A stretch of DNA of 64,000 nt, taken from the NCBI GenBank assembly GCA_963765765.1, contig CAVXYC010000015.1:320001-384000 (forward strand), written 5' to 3'. Below the pieces are notes generated by a model. That model saw only the letters and a list, made by a program, of their open reading frames with translations, was not told the origin of the DNA and did not search any database. This document shows positions 1 through 8,672 of the stretch, one piece after another (positions within the stretch are counted from its first letter, which is position 1; every line of letters starts with the position of its first letter). This stretch comes from an uncultured Chloroflexia bacterium. Lineage in GTDB: Bacteria > Chloroflexota > UBA6077 > JACCZL01. Position numbers and translations under genes: made by a program.

Positions 1-21
1 GACATTAATCTGACTCACCAT
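1..21 (-). CDS. Possible 5' end of a gene running off the left edge (MVSQINV...)
   Basis: Minus-strand GGGAGG followed by ATG/GTG and an open frame to the edge; only 7 codons visible. Confidence 0.3.
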
Positions 22-107
22 CACCTCCCGCCGCCTCGGCGGCATTGGAGAGCTCATAGCGCAGGGCGCGTGCCGTCCGGCGGATTTCCAGTCCAGGTAG
101 CGCGAAA

Positions 108-837
108 TCACCTAGGCCTCGGCCAGCCATCGAGTTTCGCAAAGACGAGTCTTGCCGCTCTGAGAGCCAGATTAGGCTGCGCTGCTCGGCACGAAGCTTG
201 CACGGCGATTTTCATGATGCCGTCAAACAATGGGGCTGCTGCCGACGGCGGTGAGCTCGTGACTTCAGTCAGCAGCTGCGGTGTCTGCTCCTCATAGGCC
301 AATGACATCTGGCCCGGGGCATCAACTGGGACACCAGGCGGCGGATATTGCAAACGCACGCGCGCATCGGGCGCGGAGTCGATCGAAACAGGTGTCCAGT
401 TGAAACGGGCAAGGTTTAATTCAGCCTCCGATCGCGTCTGCCCGACCACGTCGGGCACGACCAGGCCGGAGCTGACGGTGACACGAACCTCGCGAGCCGC
501 ATTCACGCGCCAGCCGCTCACGGGCGACTGCTGCACGACGACGCCCTCGCGGATACTGATCGCTCGGCCGTTCGCCCAGCACCTGGACCGAAAGCTCAGT
601 AGACACCGCCCGGTCCTCGGCAACGGTGAGGGGCTGCCCGACAAGCTGCGGAATGGCGTGACCAACGTTCAACGTCGGCCTCGGTAATTGATTAATGAAC
701 TGCGCAATCGCCATAACGATGATGGCGAAGAAGATGGTGGAGATTGCGATGACTATCGCTGACAACCAGGAGCTCGCTCGGGCTGATCGACTCGCTAAAC
801 CGCGCACTGGATGTGAGCGTCGAAGCGTTGTGCTCAT
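108..837 (-). CDS. PASTA-domain membrane protein, split by a frameshift near 548
   Basis: ORF 421..837 gives an N-terminal TM helix and IPQLVGQPLTVAEDRAV...PSDQYP; ORF 108..665 continues EGVVVQQSP...VRVTVSSG-VVPDVVGQTRSEAELNL, i.e. two PASTA repeats. Confidence 0.75.
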
Positions 838-1254
838 GATGTCAATTCGATCGTGAGCGCTTGGGCGGGTTCAGATATAGATGGTCCGTCGCATTGGTCT
901 GGACAAGTCATTTCTCGATTCCTTCGCGTCTCACAGATGCACGATTCGGACCTTGATGAAAACCGACAGGACAGACGTAGCCTCGTTTGATCAAGATGGG
1001 GTGCACGCGGTATATGTTCGACGTACGAACGGCCCCCAGGCGATCAAGGGACGCCGTGAAATTTGGCAGGCGTTGCGCCTGGACTCATCGCACTGGCGGC
1101 CCTTCGTGCGTTATCGCGGCTGCGCATCGTTGCTCGATTCCTGTTAGCCTGCCGAGCCCGAATCTGCTCGGCGGGAATAGGCACTGGCGCGAGGTGTGCA
1201 TCCCTGGGGACCCTGGGTAGCGCTGTTGTGGCGCATAAGCGCGCTGAGGAAAAT

Positions 1255-1423
1255 GACTGGTGCGCGGTCAAGACGCTACTGAACTCGCACAATGTGGATG
1301 TCCAGCTCGATGGCAATTTCGGCGACCGGATCGATGGAGCCGCAAGCTCCCTTCCACCGAGCCAAGGTCATCACCATCGATGGAATCGTTGGAGATGCCA
1401 CCCGGACAGCCCTGGTTAAATGA
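1255..1423 (+). pseudogene. Degenerate peptidoglycan-binding domain (PG_binding_1) remnant
   Basis: Two frames join to AVKTLLNSHN..LDGNFGDR.DGA / FHRAKVITIDGIVGDATRTALVK*, matching the DGxFG...F...DGIVGxxTxxAL pattern. Confidence 0.5.
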
Positions 1424-1644
1424 ATGGCTCTGGAACAGCGTCGTCTCTGGCCCGCTGAGATCAGTAAGCCCGACGGACGCCGGTCGTCTTTGTAGCGGAG
1501 CCCCCCGGCTTTTATATGATTGATACGGGCGCCCGATGCCGGTGACGATTAAACCGGTTACGGAGCCTGACGGCATTTTTCCGCTCGTTCAGGCTCTCCG
1601 TCCCCAAAATAGGTAGTCCGATTCGCGCTGATTTCTCCTAGCTC

Positions 1645-2575
1645 ATGGTGTTTCGTCTATCTGCCAGTGCCGCAGCCGGTAGCCTTGCCCTGGGTCTCGG
1701 CGTGTATGCCACCCGGATTGAGCCGTATCGTCCAGTCCTACGCCGGCTGACACTTTCTGTTCCCGCGAACTGGCCGCGGCTCTCGATTCTCCACCTGAGC
1801 GATATACACGTGCACGCCCGGCCGGATCGCCTGTATCGGGCCCAGGAGCGATTCCTTCGCTCGATTGGTGGACATCCAGACGTGGTGTGTGTCACCGGCG
1901 ACGTGTGTGAGACTCTGCGGGGCGTAGCACGTGCAACGGCGCTCCTCAAGCAGCTTCAGCCGCGTATCGCGACCATCGTGACACTCGGTAACCATGAACA
2001 TGATGCGCCTGTTCCCGTGTGGCAACGGAAGCGAGTGTGGAGTGTTCCCCGCCAGTTAAAGCGCATCCTCTCGCTCCTGGTAGGGCCTCTGGAGCGCAGC
2101 TCGGGTACGGCAGAATCGCGACAGATTGCCGCGGCTTTCCGCGAGGGCCGGACTCGCGGTGCTCGTCAATGAGGGGACGCGGCTTGATGTCGACGGGAGA
2201 TCACTCTGGGTCGCCGGGACAGACTCCACGTGGGCCGGCCGCACGAGGGCTGTGGACGCCGTGAAGGGACGGCGACCCGATGAACCGTGCCTGGCGCTGA
2301 TCCATGAGCCTGAGGGAGTATTCTCGTTCCTGACTCGCGGAGCGGCGGTCATCCTTCCCGGGCACACGCACGGAGGGCAGGTCAGAATACCGTTTGGGAA
2401 CGCTCTCTACAGCCACCGCATGGACCCGCGTATCCGAATTGCCTCCGGACTCCAACGATTCGGATCGAGCCATCTCCATATCTCCCCCGGTCTGGGCCAA
2501 AATTTCCCTCTTCGATTCAATTGCCCGCCGGAGGCAGCGTGGATCGACTGCGTCCCGACCTCTCCGGTCGCCTAG
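1645..2575 (+). CDS. Calcineurin-like metallophosphoesterase (YkuE-like), frameshift near 2140
   Basis: Motifs SDIH, TGD, GNHE in ORF 1645..2172; HEP, GHTHGGQ and PLRFNCPPE in ORF 2126..2575. Confidence 0.85.
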
Positions 2576-2670
2576 TTGCCTATTGCATGGAGCCGATATT
2601 CGCCGCATGCTTCTCGGGCCGAAGCCTTGTTTAGGCTGGCGGATCAGACGGGCGAACGTGCGCTCTTCGC

Positions 2671-3123
2671 TTGGTCCGTTTCGCCGTACCGAAGCCATGC
2701 GGTTCTCCGAGGACTCGCGTCCTCCATCTTGGATTAAAGCATCTTGATGGTCGAAGGGTCGTAGAAGGGCAGATCTTCGACGACCATGTTATTTACAAGC
2801 TAATCCGAGAGATAGTCTCCGTCGACGCAGAAAGCAGCTCACTGCATCTTCGTCTCGGCGTAGACGACGCCGCTGGACTGTTCTTCTACGAACAGTTCGT
2901 CGGCGCAGACCGGACAGTCCCTCCATCGTGGTATTCAGTGCCTCTGCCGAATCTTCTCGCTCAGTTCATTGTGATGTATGGACCGCCGATAGTGGTGCGC
3001 TACAAGCCCCATCGGTGGGGTGCTATGTTGGATGGAAGGAATTCTCGGCTTCTGCCCGTCATCGAAAATGTTCTGCCGTCGCGGAGCGAGGTGGCCGAAC
3101 CCTTGTTCTCAATCATCTGCTAG
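2671..3123 (+). CDS. Hypothetical protein (start uncertain)
   Basis: 150-aa ORF with protein-like composition in a lower-GC accessory stretch; no recognised motif. Confidence 0.35.
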   Translation: MVRFAVPKPCGSPRTRVLHLGLKHLDGRRVVEGQIFDDHVIYKLIREIVSVDAESSSLHLRLGVDDAAGLFFYEQFVGADRTVPPSWYSVPLPNLLAQFIVMYGPPIVVRYKPHRWGAMLDGRNSRLLPVIENVLPSRSEVAEPLFSIIC

Positions 3124-3411
3124 AGCGTCGAGTGATGTTCTTGGGGGAGATGCGTTGGAGCAAGATGCATCATCTTGAAACACCCTGGATTGGTGCAGGC
3201 GCCTAGACGCCTTTTAGCAGGATATGGTGTGGTCCGCTGAATCACATGACGGTGTCGCGTTAGCGTCGATAGGCGAAGGCACGGCGTACTCCAAGGCGTT
3301 GTTCGCGTTCCAGGTACTTGATTCGCAATAGTCCCAGCATCCGTGCGGTCCAACCTGAGAATTCCCGGCATTCGACCCGAATAACAGCGGATTGGTTGGC
3401 CATGCTGGGCA

Positions 3412-3825
3412 TCACAAGCGAAAGATGCGGACCCGATAGCGAGCGCTAGTGGCCTCTACCTGCTTGTAATGCACTTCCTTAATTTGTCGGTCATTCTGAT
3501 ACAGGGCTACAGTCCTTAGTGGCCCGCGATGCTCAAGCACGCCGCGTCGATCCTTGACTTCAAGTACGTCGGCAACGCCCACGAGATAATTTGTAGCGTC
3601 CCAAGGGTCCAAGTCTGGTGATGCAAAAGAGTGACCTCAAGTCCGATCGGACCTTGGAGTGGTTGCCACCCGTTCTCGGCGATGGCCTGACGAGCTGACT
3701 CCAAAAGCTTTAGCACACGCGAGGCGTGGGAGTGTCCCATACCGAGCATCGATAAAGCCTCATTCTTGGCTGGTGGAAACCCCATTCACCTCAAGGCTAA
3801 GCTTATCCACTCGAACGTGGTCCAT
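3412..3825 (-). CDS. RusA-like Holliday-junction resolvase fold protein, two frameshifts
   Basis: Joined frames read MDHVRVDKLSLEVNG/FPPAKNEA...GPIGLEVTLL/DPWDATNYLVGVADVLE...YQNDRQIKEVHY, resembling the RusA PPxxN, DxxN and DD.Q(I/V) motifs. Confidence 0.5.
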
Positions 3826-3999
3826 GGTTGCTGTCTTGACTATCGCCGCCACGCTCTCTGGATATGCATTGCTGTTGCGACATGCGCCAGACCACGACGG
3901 CTCCGTTGTTTCGGTTCTCCACCCACGCTTCTAGCATGGCCCTGAGCCGGTCGCACAGGGATATTTAATGGCGGCGTTCGTTCTACCGCGCCACGCGCG

Positions 4000-4176
4000 T
4001 CAACGCATCTCGCCCCCCGCCCGCTCCACCCCTTCCAGCGGATGCCACTGGGCCCGGCATCTCAGGCACGGGCACTCACCGTCGCATCCGGAGATCCAGT
4101 CGTGGCCGCAGACGAGGCACATCCTGTCCAGGCCCCATTCGTCGTCCCACTCACGAAAGCGCCCATCCTCCGTCAT
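4000..4176 (-). CDS. Small Cys-rich putative metal-binding protein (58 aa)
   Basis: GAGGA RBS before ATG 4176; CLVCGH...GCDGECPCLRC (6 Cys). Confidence 0.45.
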   Translation of the reverse strand: MTEDGRFREWDDEWGLDRMCLVCGHDWISGCDGECPCLRCRAQWHPLEGVERAGGEMR

Positions 4177-4908
4177 CGCCGCATCCTCGTAAGAACGGCT
4201 CGCTATCTCTAATTCAGAGCTATCCATCGCCATCTCCACAGGGTGCGTCGGGCCCGCAATCACGCCTGCCTGGTTTCGACTAGTCAGACCGCCAACGCGT
4301 GCACCTGCCCGATCAGCCGGTCGCCCCGAGATCCACAACCCCAGCTGCGCCACGCCACCAATCGCGAGACCGATGGCCATCAACTTCTTGGGAACAATCA
4401 ATCAATCAACTCCAAAATCCGCTACCCGCGCCTTAACGCACAATGCCGATCAGGACCGGGGTACTACCAACCGTTGCGAGGACGAGGTTCCTGGAGACGG
4501 TGGCGTGATCTATCGCGCCACGAACGGCTCCTCGCCTCACTTCGTATGTATTCATCGACGCGCCAGCCTCGGATGGCGTTCCAATTCCCTCAACTTAGAC
4601 CCGTCGCCGAGCCATAGTTCTCTTGGGAGGCGCTGAAGACCTTCAGATGATGCTGACCGAGGAGTTGTCGCCGCTCGAGCAGATGTGGGAGTGGCGCAAC
4701 TAACCGGCAACCCCTTTCGGCATTGTCCCAGTGGGAACATTGGACAAGGCGTAGTCAAGTCGGCCGAGGCGTTACCTTCTGATCGTGACCGTGGTGTGCC
4801 AGTGAGCGAGATATGTCGCATATGTCGCTTTTCCCCCAGAGTGTCGACGAAACTTGTTGTCGCGTCTTCATGCCACATAGAAACGTTTCAATGTGATCCA
4901 ATGAGCCC

Positions 4909-5097
4909 ATGACGGATGAACGCGGAAGCGAGCTAGGGCGACAGTTGGTGGCGCGTCGACGCATTGTCGAGCGACCGTGCGTCGTGTGCGGGACCACCAT
5001 TAGCGGAACGGTGAGGCGTCAATACTGCTCTAATCGATGCCGGGTGGCCGCATACACGAAGCGGAAGCGCGAACAGCGGACGAAGGAGACCAGCTGA
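4909..5097 (+). CDS. Small zinc-ribbon protein coupled to the integrase
   Basis: CVVC-x11-YCSNRC followed by a basic helix; its TGA overlaps the integrase ATG (TGATG, 5095-5099). Confidence 0.65.
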   Translation: MTDERGSELGRQLVARRRIVERPCVVCGTTISGTVRRQYCSNRCRVAAYTKRKREQRTKETS

Positions 5098-6236
5098 TGG
5101 CTGGACGACGCGGTCACGGGGAAGGTTCAATCTACCAGCGGCAAGACGGACGTTGGGTCGCAGTTCTGGATCTCGGTTTGAAGGAAGGAAAGCGACGACG
5201 CAAATCGCTCTACGCGTCCACTCGACGCGAGGCGCAAGAGGCCCTTAGCAAGGCGCATCATCAGCAGTTCGCAGGAAGCCTCGCCACAGGCCCGCGATTA
5301 ACGGTTGAGCGCTACGTTCAGCAATGGCTCGAAGAGTCTGTTCGTCATAGAGTCAAACCTAGGACTTTTTCGAGCTACAACCAGCTAGTACGACTTCACG
5401 TTGCCCCAGGGCTGGGCAAGTTGCAATTGGCGAAGCTTCAAGCGAAGGACTTGCAGCATTTCTACAGCAAGAAACTGGAGACTCTATCGCCGCGGACCGT
5501 CGAGTATCTTCACGCGATTATCCATCGGGCGCTCAAGGAGGCCGAACGCCTGGACCTCGTTAGCAGAAATGTGGCTGATCTAGTAAGCCCTCCTCGTCCA
5601 ACCCGAAAGTCGGTGCGATTCCTGGCACCGCGCGAAGTGGAAGCGTTTCTCGCCGCGGTCAGTGCCGATCGGCTCGGGCCACTGTTCACGGTTGCCCTAT
5701 TTACGGGGTTACGACAGGGAGAATTGCTCGGTTTGAGATGGCCCGACGTGGATTTGTCAACTCAATCCTTGACGGTCGGTCAAACACTGCAACTCATCGA
5801 TGGAAAGTTAGTCTTCGGTCAACCAAAGAGTGGTACATCACGACGCACCGTGCCATTGACGCCCCAGGCATGCGAAGCTCTGCGGGCTTGGCGGACAACG
5901 CAAGTCCAGTCTCAACTTCAAGCCGGGCCAGCGTGGCATGAGTCAGGGCTCGTGTTCACATCAGAGATTGGAACGCCGTTGTTCGCTCGAAATGTCACAA
6001 GGCGACTACACAAACTCGTTCAAGCTGCTGGGTTAGTAGATATCAAGTTCCACGAGCTTCGTCACTCGACCGCAAGTCTTCTTATTGCCGCCGGGGAGCA
6101 ACTGAAGGTCGTGCAAGAGATCCTAGGACATAGCCAGATCAGTGTGACTGCGGATTACTACAGCCATCTGGCACCAGGGCTGAAGGAAAGTGCGATGAGC
6201 CGACTCGATGCACTGGTGCGTTCCCAAGCCCGCTAG
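5097..6236 (+). CDS. Tyrosine recombinase / phage-ICE type site-specific integrase
   Basis: N-terminal arm-binding segment (GEGSIYQRQDGRW); catalytic motifs GLRQGELLGL, HELRHS, LGHS and Y (TADYYSH); RBS AAGGAG. Confidence 0.95.
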   Translation: MAGRRGHGEGSIYQRQDGRWVAVLDLGLKEGKRRRKSLYASTRREAQEALSKAHHQQFAGSLATGPRLTVERYVQQWLEESVRHRVKPRTFSSYNQLVRLHVAPGLGKLQLAKLQAKDLQHFYSKKLETLSPRTVEYLHAIIHRALKEAERLDLVSRNVADLVSPPRPTRKSVRFLAPREVEAFLAAVSADRLGPLFTVALFTGLRQGELLGLRWPDVDLSTQSLTVGQTLQLIDGKLVFGQPKSGTSRRTVPLTPQACEALRAWRTTQVQSQLQAGPAWHESGLVFTSEIGTPLFARNVTRRLHKLVQAAGLVDIKFHELRHSTASLLIAAGEQLKVVQEILGHSQISVTADYYSHLAPGLKESAMSRLDALVRSQAR

Positions 6237-6621
6237 TTCTCCCCACCGGGCGAACTGCGGCCACGAGCGTCACTGTTAATCGCGACTCCGGTCGTCGTCC
6301 CCAGGGGAAGGGCCAAGTAATCGATTCATTGCTTCCGTCGCGTGCGCCACGGTGCGGGTCTCCGGAGGATAGACTCCCTGGACGGCATCACTCGGCGCAA
6401 TAAGCTGACCGTCGCGTTCCAGCAGAGCGGAGCGGCGTAGCAACAATCCCGTACCAACTCGAAACCGCCAAGACTCCGCAACGACATCCGCGAGAACCCA
6501 CTCACGGGCGACGTCAGTCACGACTGCATCGACGAATCGACGGATCGAATGGCCGGGAGACGGAGCGATTCGCACGAGCTTCCCACGCCTGGGTTTGACC
6601 ACGACGACCCCTAAATCGCGG

Positions 6622-6645
6622 CTTTGGCTGTCACTTTGGCTGGCA
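6622..6645 (+). repeat. 12-bp tandem repeat CTTTGGCTGTCA/CTTTGGCTGGCA, candidate integrase arm-type sites
   Basis: Lies between the integrase end and the tRNA-Lys 3' end (~60 bp from it). Confidence 0.55.
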
Positions 6646-6705
6646 AAATGTCAAAGCCTGGCGACTCGCGTCAACCAGGCCTTGAAATTCGAGATTAGAA
6701 ACCGG

Positions 6706-6778
6706 TGAGCCGCCGGGGACTCGAACCCCGAACCGGCTGATTAAGAGTCAGCTGCTCTGCCAGTTGAGCTAGCGGCCC
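6706..6778 (-). tRNA. tRNA-Lys (CTT)
   Basis: GGGCCGCTAGCTCAACTGGCAGAGCAGCTGACT-CTT-AATCAGCCGGTTCGGGGTTCGAGTCCCCGGCGGCTCA; cloverleaf intact, CCA not encoded. Confidence 0.97.
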
Positions 6779-7455
6779 GGGGAGATGATACGGGATGCGC
6801 GACGGGTGCGCCAAACGTGGGATGGTGCGCGGTGGTGCCGATTGGCGGGTATTCGGGCGGTCTGGCGGGACGCTCGTTGTGCGGTGGTGTCGGCCGTTTG
6901 CCCGACTAACGTGGCTTGTTTGGTCGAATGAGCTTGCGGGTTGAGTGCGAGCTTACGGTCGGGCAGGATGCCCGACACCACCGGGAATGCGATGCTCGAT
7001 GAGGTCTAGGGTGGCGGTTTTGGCGGCGCTGCGCGTGCGGGCGGGATGCCCGGGGTTACGGTTTGGCTGAGGTGGTGTAGTTATGGTCGCAACGAACGTG
7101 AGCCTATCCATCGGCCGGTAATCGTCGGCGTCGGCTTGTGTGCCCACACCGATGTGGCGCGATCGCTCGATTGGGGAATGTGGCGCAGCACCTGCACCGG
7201 CCCAGCCCGGGTGAGCTGGCGCACTCAAGCGGCGCTGTGGGAGAAGCCGGTGAGACGTGTTGGGCGCCACTTACGCGCTGGATCCCTCTCCAAGCATTTT
7301 GGGCGGGACTCCGATGCTGATGCAGCAATTGTTGCCACCGAGACTGGACAGCCAGAGACGGCTGCCCCACCGAGGCGCTCGGCCAGCGGAGGTCAATTTT
7401 CGCTCGCGGCGCTATGTGCTACGCTCTCAGCAATCAGCCCCGATGGAGTCGGCAT

Positions 7456-7950
7456 ATGACCGATACGATGGAACGGCCCATCCTGAAGCCGGGCGAGGAA
7501 TGGGTCTGGGACTACCCTCAGCCCGCGTTTATTGAGGATTCAACACGTCACGTGCGGGTTGTCTTCAATGACGTGGTCATCGCGGATACGCGGCGGGCCA
7601 AGCGCGTATGCGAGCAGGGGCAGCCGCCCGTTTTCTACATTCCGCCAGACGACGTAAAGATGGAATATCTGCAGGGGTCGGATCTCAGCACCACTTGACC
7701 ATGGCGAGGGCAGGCAGTGTACTTCACCGTTCAGGTGAACGACCGCGCTGCTGCCAACGGGGTATGGTCATACCCCAATCCCATTCCGGACGCCGAGCCG
7801 GTTCGAGATTACCTGGCGTTTTATCCAGGTAGGATGGACGCGTGCTTCGTCGATGACGAGCTCGTGAACAGCCAGGGCAGTGAATACTACGGCGGCTGGG
7901 TCATTGAAGGTATCGTCGGGCCATTCAAGAAGCGTCCCGGCGAGAAGTAG
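7456..7950 (+). CDS. DUF427 family protein with in-frame TGA (codon 81) at the conserved Cys; predicted selenoprotein
   Basis: ORFs 7414..7698 and 7717..7950 are in the same frame; read-through gives WDYPQP...PPVFYIP...STT-U-PWRGQAVYF...WSYPNP...YYGGW...GPFK. Family pattern is TxC(P/E)WKG. Confidence 0.8.
7709..7755 (+). promoter_or_regulatory. Bacterial SECIS-like hairpin
   Basis: Upper stem TTCACC/GGTGAA closes loop GTTCA (first base G, 30 nt after the TGA); lower stem GGCA-G-GCAGTG pairs with CGCTGCTGCC. Confidence 0.65.
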
Positions 7951-8056
7951 CAATTTAGAGAACGCTCAAAAGAGGACTGGAAGTCACATTCGTCACTCGA
8001 CATCGGGCGGTGCGCTGATCTGACGCATCGCCTGTTTTTATCAGGGAACAGACACT

Positions 8057-8587
8057 ATGGCCGATTTCCCTACAACCCGTGACGAAGCGCTGACCGCGAT
8101 TGAGCGAGCACGCGCTGCATTCAAGCAGGCATACAAAGATGTTCCCGACGCGGCGTTACGCTACCTCCCCGAGGGCGATGATTATTCGCTCGGTGGGCTC
8201 ATCGTCCACGTGGCGAACGCCATGGAGAACTATGTGACGGTACTTGACCGGATGAAGGCTGAGAGCTTCAGACGAATGAAAGCAGCCGAGGGCTCAGGCG
8301 AAACGCCCGAAATGCTGAAGGCGTTGAAGCACGGCTTTGATGGTCCGGAGCGCGCCAGGCATTGGTCCCGGCTCGATATCGTGCACGCGGCACTGGTGAA
8401 TAATGTGAACGCTCTGGGCGATCAAGACTTCGGCCGCACCGCACCCATTCTCTTTGGCGCCGCCACCGAGCCGCTGGACACGAACGCCGCCATGATCATG
8501 GGCTGGATGATCGACCACTACCGCGACCACGTCAGTCAAGTGCGAGACATGCTGGCGGAGTGGCAGGCGGACGAGCAGCCGACTTAG
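8057..8587 (+). CDS. DinB/YfiT superfamily protein
   Basis: YSLGGLIVHVA near the N-terminus and DHYRDH near the C-terminus (DinB His pattern). Confidence 0.8.
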   Translation: MADFPTTRDEALTAIERARAAFKQAYKDVPDAALRYLPEGDDYSLGGLIVHVANAMENYVTVLDRMKAESFRRMKAAEGSGETPEMLKALKHGFDGPERARHWSRLDIVHAALVNNVNALGDQDFGRTAPILFGAATEPLDTNAAMIMGWMIDHYRDHVSQVRDMLAEWQADEQPT

Positions 8588-8637
8588 GATCGGAGGCTGG
8601 CTGGTGTTTGCGCTGTGTCAGACTTTGTGCGCGGGAG

Positions 8638-8664
8638 GAACCGCACCCTTACGGGATGCGGCTC
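8638..8664. terminator. Hairpin between convergent genes
   Basis: GAACCGCACCC-TTAC-GGGATGCGGCTC imperfect stem-loop. Confidence 0.45.
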
Positions 8665-8672
8665 TGTCTCGG

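Noticed and set aside
3716-3731. 16-nt match CACGCGAGGCGTGGGA shared with 60921-60936
   Set aside because: GC-rich, quasi-palindromic and inside a coding region; probably chance.
6276-6602. 108-aa minus-strand ORF between the integrase and tRNA-Lys
   Set aside because: No recognisable motif and only a weak RBS; left uncalled.
6780-7450. ORFs between tRNA-Lys and the DUF427 gene
   Set aside because: G/T-skewed sequence with no recognisable motif or RBS.
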